Under the pieces are notes generated by a model, which worked only from the letters and a program-made list of their open reading frames with translations, made no database searches and was not told where the DNA came from. This document shows, piece after piece, positions 24,449 to 37,654 of a stretch of 64,000 nucleotides of DNA. Positions within the stretch are counted from its first letter, which is position 1; each line of letters starts with the position of its first letter. Position numbers and translations under genes: made by a program. The stretch comes from Vezdaea acicularis (lineage: Eukaryota): positions 1 through 64,000 of the forward strand of contig JAPEUI010000086.1 in assembly GCA_026025075.1 (NCBI GenBank), given 5' to 3'.

Positions 24449-27400
24449 CTAAGCGTCCCCAAAATTCATCGTCAACCGTATTGTCGGCTCCTCTTCATGA
24501 CCTTTCTCTCCCTGATGCTCACTCGTGACTTGGCCTCTCGACCTCAAGACTTCTTCCAACAGACCTCGTTGTTCGCCATCGAGCTTGCCAACTACTGCTC
24601 TGAAAACCATGCCGTCGACTGCGGCAAGCTCGAGGAAGCGTGAGGCTGTTTCTTGATAGACGTCACTGCCCACCGATCGCGCGCGAGTGAGAAGGGCGGG
24701 GACCAGAGCACTTAAAAGTTTAGGCACTGAGAAAATTAGCTTTACGCCCAAATTGGAGGGGAATGTACAGGCGCATACATTGCGATCTCTCTAGCGTTCC
24801 CGCAAAGGTAACAATGCCATGTGCGACAAGCGCGCGAGCGTTGACCGGATCTTCGGTGTCAGTCTCCGTTATGAGGGCCAGCAGGTGTGGCAGAAGGTAT
24901 GCAGTTGAGTACTCATCCGATGGAGATCTAGGCGTATGGAGCAGCAAAGAGCGGATACAATTTGAAGCAACGATAGCCGTCTATTTGGGTCAGCCTAAGT
25001 CCATGCAAAGAGTTCGGACAGGGTCTACCATTCTGTCACTCAGACAATCGACGAGCTCGTCTAAGAACTTGATGAGTAGCGGATCGTTTGGCGGCACTAA
25101 GTTGACGCCGCCAGTGAGGAGTATCGTTGTGGACAGAAGGGTGTTCTTCACGCAAGGAAGGCTAGCTTCTGTCTCGCGTTTCTGGGCGCTGGCCAGGATT
25201 GCTAGAAATCGCGCTAGACAGCCTCGAACTTGGGTGGCGACGGTGTGTGAGGTGGATTTGGTTATGCTTCCAATATACCTCTTGAGAATGGGCAATGATT
25301 GCGGGACAATTATGGCCTGTGCACTCCCAGTACCAAGAATTACAGAGAAAATGTGGAAAACGCAAGCGTGAAGGTCGGCTTTTATGACAGACGGGAAAAC
25401 TTCTGCTGCATCGATGAGGGCGTCCAAAGATAGTCTAATAAGAGTAACGGCTTCATCTGAAAGTTGATGTCGACTTAGTGACTTCGTCTCCCCTAGATTT
25501 GGCAGTAAACCTGCTATAACGAGCACTATGATTCGAGTAAGTTCGAAGAGCTGATCAATATCCTCAGATAGGTTATCGTTCGCTGTGCTATCTGACCCTC
25601 TGCGAGCAGAAGGGTGAGTGATGCACATATCTCTTGCAATCTCGACAATGACTGTCTGAACATCAAGACCCTCTGTCAAGACTAGCCGATCAAGCAGGTC
25701 CATGGTTTCTGAGAAGACAACGTCCTGATAAATAGCTTGGCCAGATACTGAGGGCCGTAGGATCTTCTTCAATGCTTTGAGGATCTCAAGATTCTGTTGC
25801 TCAGTCGCCAGAGAGTCATGACCAGATCGGCTGGCAAGAGCTTCAAAGGCTATCCCAAATAGCACGAAGAAGAAAGCGACGGGCTCATCACGGTAGTTAA
25901 TCTCATGCTTTTTGTCCGTGCCATTGGCGATAACGCTAGTCTTCCCATCGAGAGCATCGAAAACAAACTCGCTATCCTGTTCAATGAGGCTAGCGATCGC
26001 GTCCACTAGGCTTAGCCAGGAGTCTTGATAAAACTTCGTCATAGTTAGCAATGCCCAGAAGAGTATTCCAGGCTCTCACACCTTTAAGAGCGTCTCCCGG
26101 CTCATCGCAGAATATATCACATCTGGGCTATCGGTCAAAGACGGTGGCCCGTTGTTCATGGATATGTCAGGCTCAAACCGAAGTCGAGCGAATTCTTGCA
26201 AAGACTCTAGCCAGAGGGGCGTGAGTTTGGCGACGTGGGGCGCTACCACCTCTATCAGATACTTCTGATCCAGACTTGATACTTGAAGTTCTGCCCAGGC
26301 AGATAATATTGCCGTTTTTACCATAACTTGAGCATTTGAACTTAAGCCCTGCAGATCTCCGACGGATGCTGATTGGGAATTATCTGAAGTTTATTAAGAC
26401 TAGATATAGATATCAGGAGAAGACTTACTTGAGAAGTTTTCCAGCGCAGATACGAGCAGTTTTAGTATCCTCCCCATTCGCTCCACATCTGTCACAATAC
26501 CCGTTGCGATGAAGCCTCCACACACATGTATTGCCTCGGATGCTAGTTCAGGAGATGAGTCTATTGCAAACGCAGGTGTGAGGGCTGAGCTAATCTGGGC
26601 TTGATACTGTTCGAGAAGGGAAGCTTCGGCGAAGTCAGGGTCGGGCGTCTTTCCAAAGATCTAGACAAATTAGCTAAACTCCAGTATTACTCTGGAAGTA
26701 TCTACCTTCAGGACTTGGTCGATTATTCGCAAGCCCCACACTCGAAGCTCCACTACATGGGCCGTTGAGGCCGAAAAAGCCATCCGAATCACTTCTGCAA
26801 CTCTCTGCTGCAGTGCAGCCTCTGCTGGGGAATCTTCGTCCGCAAGTATGCTTTGGCTGACCATCTCGAGCAGGTCAAACAAGAGACTCATCGCTAACGT
26901 CCGAACCTGCCATTTCAATGGCTCTTGACCAGACCCAGGCGCGTTGGTAGCATCTTCTTCATTCGCGCCAGCTGAGGCTGCAAATCCAGCTACCTCTTCA
27001 TCCTGCAAATCTTGCTCCAAGGTCTTGGCTACTTTCGCCTTAGATTGAGGTTGACCCTGCCTGTATCTCACCTTCGTGAAAGTCTTCTGCAATCTCTGTA
27101 GCCAGCTTGCAGTGTTGTGAAGGCCAGTATGCTCAAGCCAATTGCGAAAAAGGCTTCGTATCACGGCGTGGTTGGGATTGTCATCAAGAGCTAGCCAGAG
27201 CTGATCCTCTAAGCCAGGGTCAGCGTTGCTGATGACTTCCTCAGCGTCTCGTCGCATCAAGTTGAATAGTCCATCGATAGCAACATCCCTCAATTCGTAG
27301 TCTTTTCCGATGAGATCTTTCTGAAGTTGGCGAACGTAGGTGGCAAATCCCATGTGGCTGGAGGCATACAGAGACAGATGTTCAAAGCACTTAAGACTTA

Positions 27401-30400
27401 CAAGGAGTACCGAAGGGTCTTCCTCCATTTGGAATTGAGCAACAAGCGTTAGAATCAGATCACGCTCCTTAGCCATATCTTGGAGGTCGGGCCCAAGAAC
27501 ATTGATAAGAGCATCAGTGCATCGAGAGATTGCCACTGTTGTCGAAAACTCAATTTCCAAATTAGAAGGCCCCATAATTGCAACCTCTTCGTTATGAGTC
27601 TCTGATACATAAAGCTGGCCTATAGTGCCAAGTGTGCTTGAGACGTATGCAGCGAATGTCAGGCCTGACGAGTCCGCAACTATGGCTAATGCCTCCATTG
27701 CCCAAAAATGAACAGTTGGGTGTGGGTCGGTTCCCAGGGACGTTAGAATTCCATGCACAGTCTTAATGTGGAACCCTGCAGCCATGCCACCCACCTGGGC
27801 AAGGATACAACTTAATGCGTAGGCACATCCAGCTCGCGCATTAGGGTCACGATTTGTTACAATCGTATCAACGAGATAATTGATCTCGTTAGCCGTGAAG
27901 GTATTTCCAGAGCTGTCACATAGGCGGCTGAGGGCTTCAATGCCAATGTTGCGAACAAATGGGTCAGGCTGGATGACAAAGCCCTGCGCATGGTTAGAAA
28001 TAACGTAGACCTGGTTTCCGAGGAACCTACTCTAAGCATTTCTTGTATCGCTCTTTCGACTGCAGGGCTCCTCAAATCGCCAGCAGCAGACCCTGTCTCT
28101 TTGACAGCCACCATTAAGGTCACAAGCAGTGCTGTTGCAATATTGACGGTCATTGCAGCTTTCCTTCCTGGATCTCTGTGTAGACTACTCGTAGAGAGGA
28201 ACGTCGCAACCTGCTCTAACATACTTTCCTGGATCTTAGGAGCTTGGAGAGGAAGGGCCACAGCGAACAGCTTGATTGCTGAATTTACCACTTCTGTAGC
28301 TGGTGGGTCTGGAAGGTCATTTTCATCTCTTGAATCGCCCGTATAAAGTCGTATGGAGTCATGTTCTCTTGCGCCAAGAATTGGTGTGATGAGCTGGATT
28401 GAGTTAGCGAATGCAGCGTCACTCAACGGTAGAGTGACTGACACATTCATCTATAGCTCCATCAGAGCTGCGCGGAGAGAACCTGTGCCTCTCGATAACA
28501 GAAGATTGCTCTCCTGGTAGACTGCGTATCTCAAAACCATGGACTAGTCCGGTGATGCCGAAGCCAGACTGATCTCCTACTTCCCACACATTCTCGAAAT
28601 TCCCAGCGGAGCTTGCTATTGAGGTACTAAGAGAGCTGGGGGTGTATTGGTCAGGGTCAGCAAAGAACGAGACCGCAAGCGTCAATAGGTTAGAGTGAAG
28701 GAGGGCCTCTCCAGCTCCAGAGGGGCTGAGATTGACGAGTTGAGTATATGCCTGAAGCACCCTTCGACGAACCATTAGATCTAGATCCAGCAACTGAATT
28801 GACGGCGACAGCCTCTGCGTGTGATCATCCGTAATCCTCCTAGCCGGAAGGCTATTGAGAAAGACCGTGGTGTTCTGTAACATCATGGCTATCCGCTTGG
28901 ATACATCAGTGGTCAGTAACTTGCTGTTGAACTTAAGAAAAGCAAGGATAGAGCCCAAGACACACTCCCGAACATGCGCTAAAAAGCTCAACTCGAGCAA
29001 GCTCCTTTGTGCCATGTTTTCTTTCGGCATTGGTTTTGGGAGTGAATTCTTCCAGAGTAATAAAAGCTGGGAGAGATGGATCTTCACGAAATTGGGTCCT
29101 AAAGACATCAACCCCCCAATCAGAATCCATGCCACCTGGACTTGAGTCGATGAGATCCTGAGTTCTGACTCCCCACTAGATTTGAGAAGGTCCGTTGCAA
29201 GACTGAACACCCTTGCATTGATCTCCACAGAACCGTATAGGGGTTGTAGAGGAGCAGTGCTGACCACAGCAGCCAGCCCATTCGCATTACCCACACATCT
29301 GCGGGGAGAGTATCGAGGACCGCCAAGGTGATCGACCTCGCGCTTGACTTTATTCATACAAATCGTTATACAGGGCAGAAGCTGTTGCGGGCAGGCCAAA
29401 ACAAATGCTTGAAGACAATGAGAAGTTGCAATTTGCACGGTATAGCTTCCATGCTGAAGGACCTGTAACAGTCCCTCTTGGCAACTATGTGCAAGGCTGT
29501 TCATAGCAGCACCCAAGGAATCAATAAGAGACGCAAGAGTGCTAAGTACGCCAGTCAGGACATATTTGCTAGGCTCTGGACGCTCCTTTATCACTTGAGG
29601 ATAGTTCTTAATGAAATCGTTTATTAAGATCTTAGCTGCAGCAAGCTGGCCTGTTTCACTGAGTATTTGACGTCCAATGACATCCTCGAGAATGACTCGA
29701 ACGCTCTTTCTTGCAGTGAGCAGTCGATATCGGTTGAAAACAATAGTAGGGTGGCTCAGTATATCCATAAATAGATGATCAACAATCTTTGCATATTGAG
29801 TCTCGACGATCTGCTCCCCAATCCGCTTGAAAACCTTCGTATAGGAGACCGCGATACCAGCTCTCACCCTATTAGTAGTCGAAGTTCTTGTATAATGGGC
29901 AGAAAGTTGCTTCAAAATATCAAGAAGGCTAAAAGAGAGCCTCTGAGTAGGTCTCTTGGCTTCGGAGGACTGCGGTCTTTGAGCCTCCACATCTTCATCC
30001 TGACCTTCCGTACCCGATTGTTTCTTCTTTGGCTTCTTTAGCCGCACTGCAGTTGTACTGGGTAGGTCTTCAACGAAGTTTTTGATAAAGGCACTCGCTA
30101 GACAGGATGCGCCTGCGTGTCTCACAGTCGGATACGGGGAATCAATGGCCTTGAACATAGACGTCCGTAAAGAATCGAAATCGCTTATGTTATCAAAGTA
30201 TGGCGTGCAACGGACCAATTGCTCCAGACACCAAGCAGCGCTCTTCTGAACAAGGGCAGCCTTTTCATTAAATGATGACTTTCGTGCATGAGTCCAGACA
30301 TCTCTGGCCACAGCTTCATCCGCAGACCCCCCTACCATAGCAAAGAGCTTCCCCAGCGCCTTATATATACTGCTGCGATACCCCACATGGTTCTGAGCTG

Positions 30401-30881
30401 GCTTAAGTTGCTTCAGTAGTGATACACACGCGAGGCTTGATAATGATATGGCACTATCGCCCGCAGCTCCGAATATCTCGCCAAGGCAATGAGTTGCAGC
30501 ATGCCGTTCTTCTTGTGTCTTATCCTTGGCCCCCGTCACTATGGCAACAAGCTCGTTGATACTCTCGTAGAGTAGCTTCCGGTTTCCTCGTCCAAATATC
30601 ACAGCAAAACAACGTCCGATGTTGTTTCGGATAGCTCTGGTAGGAGCTGGTGAGGGTAAAGTAATGAGCTGTACGAGCTCTTTCTTAAGCGCTGCTTGGT
30701 CTTTCGAAATTGTGTCAGCATCGAGAGCCGCTATAAAGCGCGCGAGGTCGGCGGAGAAGGTGAGAATATAGAGATCTCGTTGCTCAGGTGGTAGACCTGT
30801 GAGCTTGTCGAGATTAAGAGACGGTGCTTGGAAGGTGCCATTGGTATCTGGTTTAGTCTCGTTTGGGTTCAGCGTGGGCAT
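24449..30881 (-). CDS. LAA1: HEAT-repeat protein HEATR5/Laa1/Sip1 (AP-1 accessory), about 2032 aa; exons 30881-28443, 28393-28031, 27983-26706, 26660-26429, 26383-26082, 26033-25029, 24980-24779, 24726-24449
   Basis: Seven phase-compatible 45-52 nt GT-AG introns. Motifs LMSLGPNFVKIHLSQLLLLWKNSLPK, PDPDF..ASLLEQYQAQISSALTPAF and C-terminal PTIRLTMNF match the HEATR5 family. Confidence 0.92.
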
Positions 30882-31616
30882 TGGAGAGCAGAAACTTTGG
30901 CTCTTCTTAGGGGAGAATTGAGATTTTGTGCTTCTGGCCTGTTCGGGATGCTCAGCTCACTGTCCTGGCGGTCTAGGGTCTTGTGGTGAAGCTAAGTCAA
31001 GTTTCGTAGGTTAAACGTGAGCTCTTGATAGAAGCGACCGAAATTATTCGATCAGCCTATCAAAACTAGTTTTCCACTCACTCATCACGTCGTGACTCTA
31101 CCATCTGTAACAAACTTTTCATTTTGGTTCATGGGGATTTTAAATATTAGGAGCTATCAACCTTTCTAGAGATATCCTGCTCATACACCGGCCCAAGCTC
31201 ACATGTACGCTCTACGGACTTTCCCAAAAGCGCGCCGCGCCATGAGTTACTCCTAGAGCAAGTTTAGTCATTACTATGCTGCTAAGTCAACACCGAGACT
31301 TTCAAAAAAAACCGACCCTCTATTTTCTAGCAAAGACAAGGGAGAAATGCAAAGGCAACGCAAGCAAATTTACAGGTGAAGTAGAGGCCTCAGAGGCTAG
31401 TAGTCGTAGAGGTAAGGAACCAAGAAGCAATATTGCTCTCAATACTTTTGAAGGTCGTCTGAAGTGTTTTGAGATGTGACCAGGTGTTGCAAGCATCGCA
31501 CTGTTCCTCGGTAGATGTAACGTTTCCTCTATAAACCCGGCCTATAATGGCTCATATTGTACGGGAGCGTGTGTAGACCGCTTGCTGTTCAAACTTTCAT
31601 GTTCCAGTCATGTGGT

Positions 31617-32917
31617 CTATGATTTCAGACCATCTCGGACACTCTGGCTGCTGGCACTCATTGGCGCATTCGATACTGGAAGTCCAACCTTCTTCGCTGA
31701 TTGCTTAACTTTGGCAAGTGCGTATACCATCCCGCTGACAAATCCGACGGCGATTGCGGATACGCTGGGGAATGTGACTGGCGCATCGAAGAAGATGAGA
31801 CCACTGAGCGCGATAGGAAGCTTGTTTAACGCTCCAACCATAGAATATGTCGTGGATGACGTGACACGGACACACCATGCGGAAGTGTAAGAAATAAAGA
31901 CCGAAGAAAGACCCGAGAAAACCATGGCAATGATTAGATTATTGCGTTGGTCAATAGGGAAGTTTTTGCCAACGTTCTCGCTTGACCAGTTTTCCATCAA
32001 GATGGAGCAAATGAGAAGGATCGGAATGGAAAGGAGGTTGTTGTAAAACATAGCTGCCGCCAATCAGTCCTACATGCTTCAAACGATTGAGGGGATATAC
32101 TCACTATCGAAATCGGCAAAGTTCGTCAACTTAATGCGCTTCCTCATTCCGAGGACATAAGCCGCACTACAAAAGCAGTTGATCATCATCCACACATAGC
32201 CTGCATTCAATGTTGAGATTTTCGCAGCCGCCTCGGTGTTGAGATGACCATAATTGTCCAAAGCATGTCGAATGTCGGCCCAGGCGGCAATGATGGAGCT
32301 CAAAACCATGAGGCCAAACGAGAACAGTGCCATCCCAGTAACGACGCCCCCAAACCAGAGGACTTCACCATAAGCGATGAGGATAATTGTGAGGTTCTTG
32401 AAAATAGTATACACCGGAATCGAAAGAAACTGCAATGCTTTTGTGCTTGTGTAGATCATGCCAATCAGGAGTAGCGAGATAGGGAACCCTGCATATCAGG
32501 TCAATCTTCTCCACCTCTGATTTGCAATCAGGAAACGTACATTTCTTAGCCTCGTCAGAATTGAAGTCACGATAAGTGATCCAGCCGAATGTCTTGCAGG
32601 TCTGGATAGCAATGATACAGACAACGGACTGGGGAGCCGTCAGCAAGGCTTCAAAGCGTAGTTCTTCTTTCTATACTGACCTGCACGCAAAGAAGAAAGA
32701 AGTTCAAGTTGAAGTCCAGGCCGGAAAGGACGAACTTGTTCGTGACTGTCATTAGAATCGATGAGGCGCAATAACTCAAGATTGGGAAGATGGGGTTGTT
32801 GACAACTGCTGCAGTTGACGGAGTATGAGCAGGTCTCGGTGGTGGTGGAGGGCTATCAAGGCGACCCTTCTCGCCCATATCGATGGTGTAATCATCTCTT
32901 TTCTTGTCGTCCGACAT
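31617..32917 (-). CDS. VRG4: Golgi GDP-mannose transporter, about 381 aa; exons 32917-32681, 32628-32541, 32488-32105, 32053-31617
   Basis: [35 protein letters not shown] and the GALNK motif ([13 protein letters not shown]). Three GT-AG introns. Confidence 0.96.
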
Positions 32918-33424
32918 GTTCGCGGCCAGTGACCGTTGAAAAGGAGCGTGGGATGGTGGACTCTTGTAGCGCGACTTTGATTGCGCAAGGCCGCGAATTG
33001 GGGTGTCCTTCGAGACACAAATACCTAGTAAGGTGCAGGAGACGCTGTGGTAATAGCCTACTTCGGTCCCTTTAAACACGTAGCTTTGAAGCGGTAAGTG
33101 ACAGTAGAGCAGCTAGTAGAAAGGCCTGAAGGGGGGTTGCGCGGAGTTAAGTCGAAGAGGAAGGGGTTCGGAAATTCTGTCGATAGCGAAAGGGCCACCG
33201 ACACACGCTAAGCCGAAAGGGGCTTCATTTCGGGAGGGAACCGAAATAGCAAAACTCTCGCTTCTGCGGCCAAGCTTTGAGTGGCGCAGCCATAAGAACC
33301 TTTGAAGTTGCTCTCCGACTTCGAATTTTAAAGATCTGACGTCGTAGCGGATGTTTGCTTACGGTCTAGAGATGACTCGACGCGGTATTGACTAAGAAGT
33401 CGACGGTCAGAGATCTGAATACAC

Positions 33425-34129
33425 ATGTCTCAACTAGATGCAAAGGTAGCATCGGTACTTGACAACAGACCAAACGGAGATACCTCGGAAGATGATGACG
33501 ATGCACTCCTTGCAGCTCTCGAGGAAGATGATGGCGGTCTCGATGCATTGCGAGAGAAGCGCATGCAGCAATTGGCAGAGGAGCTATCGAGGGCGAAATA
33601 CATGAAGAAGCAAGAGTATGGTGTGTATACTGAGATCAAAGAGGAGAAGGCGTTGATGGATATTACGGCATCAGAAGCAAAATATGCTGTCGTCCACTTC
33701 TTCAAACCGGACTTCAATAGATGCGCAATCATGGATGCTCATCTAGAGGTATGAACATGAATAGCAGCCCGTGGAGTGGGTGCAATACAATATCAGGGCT
33801 GAAACTTGAGGCAGTCCTTAGCACCAAAGCACTTTGATACACGCTTCCTTAGGATTAACGTGGAGAACGCCCCCTTTCTCGTCACAAAGCTTAAGGTCCA
33901 GGTGCTGCCTTGCGTTATAGCTTTTGTCGACGGGATCAGCGTCGACAGAGTAATTGGTTTCGAGGGGCTAGGTCATACGCCTGACACATTCACGACTAAG
34001 GATCTGGAAGCAAGACTGTTACGGTCTGGGGCTTTAGTGCGGGCAAAAATGGCTAGTTCTAAAACGATTTTCAAGGAAGGTCTTACAAAGGCGGCTAATC
34101 AAGAAGATGATGAAGATGAATGGGAATGA
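33425..34129 (+). CDS. PLP1: Phosducin-like thioredoxin-fold protein (Plp1/TXNDC9 subgroup); exons 33425-33748, 33815-34129
   Basis: LREKRMQQL, VVHFFKPDFNRCAIMDAHL, APFLVTKLKVQVLPCVIAF...GFEGLG and an acidic C-terminal tail. Confidence 0.9.
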
Positions 34130-34657
34130 TAAAATCCAAGTCAGACGAGGAACGCCAAACGCGATTGAAGTCAACTTCCCTTATGAAGGGAGGGGAAACA
34201 GCACAGACTAGGCCATAATCGGTCAGGCGATCGTATGGCAAAGTTCAGACATAGTTGAAGACCACCTTCATATGCAAAGCAAGAGCGCAAGAAGATGCTG
34301 TAAATATGAATTTTCTGTAGGCGAAAGACGCTAGGAGAGTTATGCATAAGGATAAAAACGCCCGATCAAATGCACTCCCGCCCCTCCGGGCCAAAACCAC
34401 GCTCCTGTTCCAATGCCCTAAATGCGGTGATGGTCGGTCAAGAAAACGCCCCAAGACCGAATAACGCCAGACCAGTTTTTCCATCAAATGCAGAAATCTA
34501 TACCAGCGCCAGGCGGGTGATGTTCGAAAATTGGTATCGTATGCCAGGTTCAAGAAACCAAAGCAGATTCAGAGCAAGGACCCCTCTATCGAGTGCATGC
34601 ATCTGACCGAGATCTTTGAGCGAGATCTTGCATCGTCATAGCTACTTCTAGAGCAGT

Positions 34658-34921
34658 CTAGGATTGAAATAGGCGCTTGAAGAAGGATGTTTGATTTCCA
34701 TTCTTCTCTTCGTAGAAATGGCTATTGATGAAGTCTCCGTTGGGAATGAAGTTGCCCGACATGTATGAATAGGTTTCCTCACAACATTGAGGGCTCGAGA
34801 CAGTGTGAGAGGTAGTTGCGGATTTGCTAGCCTCTCCAATGGTATAAGGGATGGAGTCGTAGCTAGATGATCGAGTGGTGGAAGTGGTGCTATGAGCAGA
34901 GGACGAGCTTGATTGAGACAT
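34658..34921 (-). CDS. Small Ser/Thr-rich orphan protein (87 aa)
   Basis: ATG ORF MSQSSSSS...SFFKRLFQS, preceded by a CA-rich leader and a TATATAA box about 180 nt upstream. Confidence 0.45.
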   Translation of the reverse strand: MSQSSSSSAHSTTSTTRSSSYDSIPYTIGEASKSATTSHTVSSPQCCEETYSYMSGNFIPNGDFINSHFYEEKNGNQTSFFKRLFQS

Positions 34922-35097
34922 TGCGTGGATAAGAGGGTTGTTGGAGTCTTGGGACTCTGAAGCTTTGAAGAGCAATTGAGGATATTTGTGTGAAGTTTTG
35001 AGGACTGGAAGTAGTCGAGATAGAGTAAACTGTCTGATTGTTTGATTGTTTGATGATGCTGTGGAATGAGGGTTATGTTCGAGGGGATGATGGAGCA

Positions 35098-35104
35098 TTA
35101 TATA
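35098..35104 (-). promoter_or_regulatory. TATA box for the small minus-strand ORF
   Basis: + strand ttatata = TATATAA on the minus strand. Confidence 0.5.
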
Positions 35105-36832
35105 GAAGTTGCGGAGGAGTTATCCAGTTGGTGCTTACTGAAGCCAACCCTAATGTGAACTTCATGACCTATCCAAATTGAGATTAACGCTGCTTCGACG
35201 GCATGCGCTTGGAGAGTGGCTCACGCAGCAAGCCCTATGCGTGAATCAGCACTGTAAAGTAACGCGCCCAAGCCCCCAGAAAGCCACAATTCGAGTGCAT
35301 TGCTGTGTCGGGGATGGTCATAGACCAATTGCGGCTTCTAGAATAGCCGCACTATGGGGATTTCAAAGTGTAAGGCTGGGCTCCACCCTGACTACCGCAG
35401 CAGGGGTCCGGGTGTCGTGTGAGCTGGCCAACCCTGCCATCCTGTCATGATCTTGAGAAGCACCTGCAACGCGGACTGGTGGAGGCTTGCATGGGCGGGG
35501 ATTGAGGAGAGTTTGGCGACGACGCTTGTTGCTTCTGGTCCGGACATGGCGGACGGTTCGCGGAGGTATCGACGGATTGGTAGGGTTCACCGGTTGCGCA
35601 GCGGCGCTTGGCTCGACTCCAGAAATCTGCATTAGAGTAGGTTAAAGTCGTCGATTCTACCAATGATGAAGGTGTTTGGCCAGGAGCGCCGTCCGATTTA
35701 TTTTCCAGAACGCGGTTTTCATTGGAGGAATGCCAAAGGTTTGAAGCTGGTGGCTTTCTTTGGGCTGGCTGATGGCTGCGCTCGAGCACATGTGATAAGG
35801 AGATTGATAAGGTTCGGAGCCACCACTTTGCCTGATGAGGCCAAGCGCATGGCCAGTTTGCAAGAAGGGATTGGTCGATGCATTGACGAAAGTGGCTGTC
35901 CTCAGCCTCTTGCGCAGAGGCGTGGTTACTCAGAAGCGGTCTGTCCCTGATCCTGTTTAATTGGCTATCACCATTCGTATGGCTGCAATGCATCGGAGAG
36001 CTGTCATAACACCACATAGCTTTTGAACGGAGGACGAACCTAAAGAGATGCTGGCACAGGGCTGGCGCCGTGAAGTTCTCCGCATTGGTAGACTCCAACA
36101 TCCATTTAGCTCATTTATTTCAGGAGAACTGAACGGCTTCAGTCAGCCCCACAACCTAAACAGCTGCAAGGCTTGTTTGATCTCTGCCACCCAGTGCTGT
36201 GATATGAACGTGCATTGCGCTCCTCGCGATTCAATTGGACAGAAGTGGGTACAGACTGGACCCAAGAGCTGAGTGCTGATTCGGCCCAATGACAGTCAAT
36301 TGAAAGGGCCTGGCTAGTCTGCTCGTACATTGATTGATAGACATGCCCCTTTTAAAGTCAAGGAAAAGTTTTAGACGCATGATCAGAGGCTTTCAGGAGC
36401 AAGGACTCCGCTGCCAGATACCAGCAGGCCGTGTTGGCTATTCTGACTGAATATCGACCCTGAAGTTCCTTACCAGTAAATCTGTGTATTTGGGTTCCGT
36501 TTGGCGGGTGGCCAAGCTTACACTGTCTGACGGCGTAGATCCTGGCCTTGAGTTCATTTCTGATAGTTTAAGATTTCGAACCATCATTCAGTCATGCGGA
36601 TGTAAAGAAACTGGGAGTTCCTTACTTATACGTATATTGCAGTCCCAACGACTTATCGAAATCGTTGCAGGGTTCCACGTGGGGGCGATGGCGTCAGAAG
36701 GAGAAGCGAGACAAAAAATTGCTTATGCGGTGTCAACAGGATGATATTCCTTTTCACAATTCAGTCAAACATTACACTGTCTACGCAGCCGGCGTATAGA
36801 ACCCACCTGCTTGAACACTCAAGGTAATACAA

Positions 36833-37478
36833 ATGAAGGCCTACTGGTACGACAACCTACCTGTGAGTACTACCCCCCCTTAGGCATTAACCGGAGCTCG
36901 ATTGACGACCGAGCTAGGGTGACCAGCGCGAGGACCACGACTCCGGTCGACCGGTGGATCCTGAATACCTTTCCAAACTCGGTGTTGTATATTCCCGACA
37001 TCCAGACGTCCCATCAGTGGACGCACTCGCAGAGAAGCGGAGCTACAAGAACCGAGATGAGATCACGGTATCCCCCGAGAAGATGGGGGCGGTATACGAG
37101 GAGAAGGTGAAGATGTTCTTCAACGAGCATTTGCACGAGGATGAGGAGATCCGCTGGATCAGAGACGGAGAAGGCTTCTTCGATGTTAGAAGCGAGGGTG
37201 ATGACTGGGTACGCATTCGGCTGGTGAAGCATGATCTGATCATCCTCCCCGCTGGCATCTACCATCGGTTCACGACTGACAGCAAAAACGTATGAATCTT
37301 CTTTCTGCATAAGCTCCTGGGATAATGCTGATCCTTGGAATAGTACATCAAAGCGGTGCGCCTCTTCAAGGAGGAGCCGAAATGGACGCCTCTAAACCGG
37401 GCTCCAGAAACAGACCAAAACCCTTTCCGAAAGGAATACCTCGAAAGGCGCGCTTCACACTCCATTGAAGCCAACTAG
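36833..37478 (+). CDS. ADI1: Acireductone dioxygenase (methionine salvage); exons 36833-36862, 36918-37289, 37344-37478
   Basis: [20 protein letters not shown], cupin metal ligands [13 protein letters not shown] and [10 protein letters not shown], then [19 protein letters not shown]. Confidence 0.97.
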
Positions 37479-37654
37479 ATCGAGTATTGAACTATCAGAT
37501 TGAAAATTGCTGTCTTAGAATCTCCAAAACATCTAGCAGTCCTCTCCATACCGTAGCACGGTAACTGAACCCAGCCAAGCTCGCATAACCCGCCCTGCCC
37601 CACTACCCCGCCAAACTTCCCCAGATTTTCCGCAAGCCGTACCTTTCCAAAACC

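Noticed and set aside
24449..32917. LAA1 and VRG4 (both Golgi), or NCBP3 near CCR4 (both mRNA metabolism), as functional clusters
   Set aside because: Broad housekeeping categories; adjacency is easily coincidental without synteny data.
32918..33079. GTG-initiated in-frame extension upstream of VRG4
   Set aside because: The ATG at 32917 gives the typical MSDDKK N-terminus, and the extension looks like ordinary 5' UTR.
35146..35153. AACCCTAA telomere-template-like 8-mer
   Set aside because: Expected by chance, with no supporting telomerase RNA elements.
35660..35775. Box C (ATGATGA) / box D (CTGA) pair with a 3-bp terminal stem
   Set aside because: No recognisable rRNA-complementary guide and no clear C'/D' boxes; likely chance.
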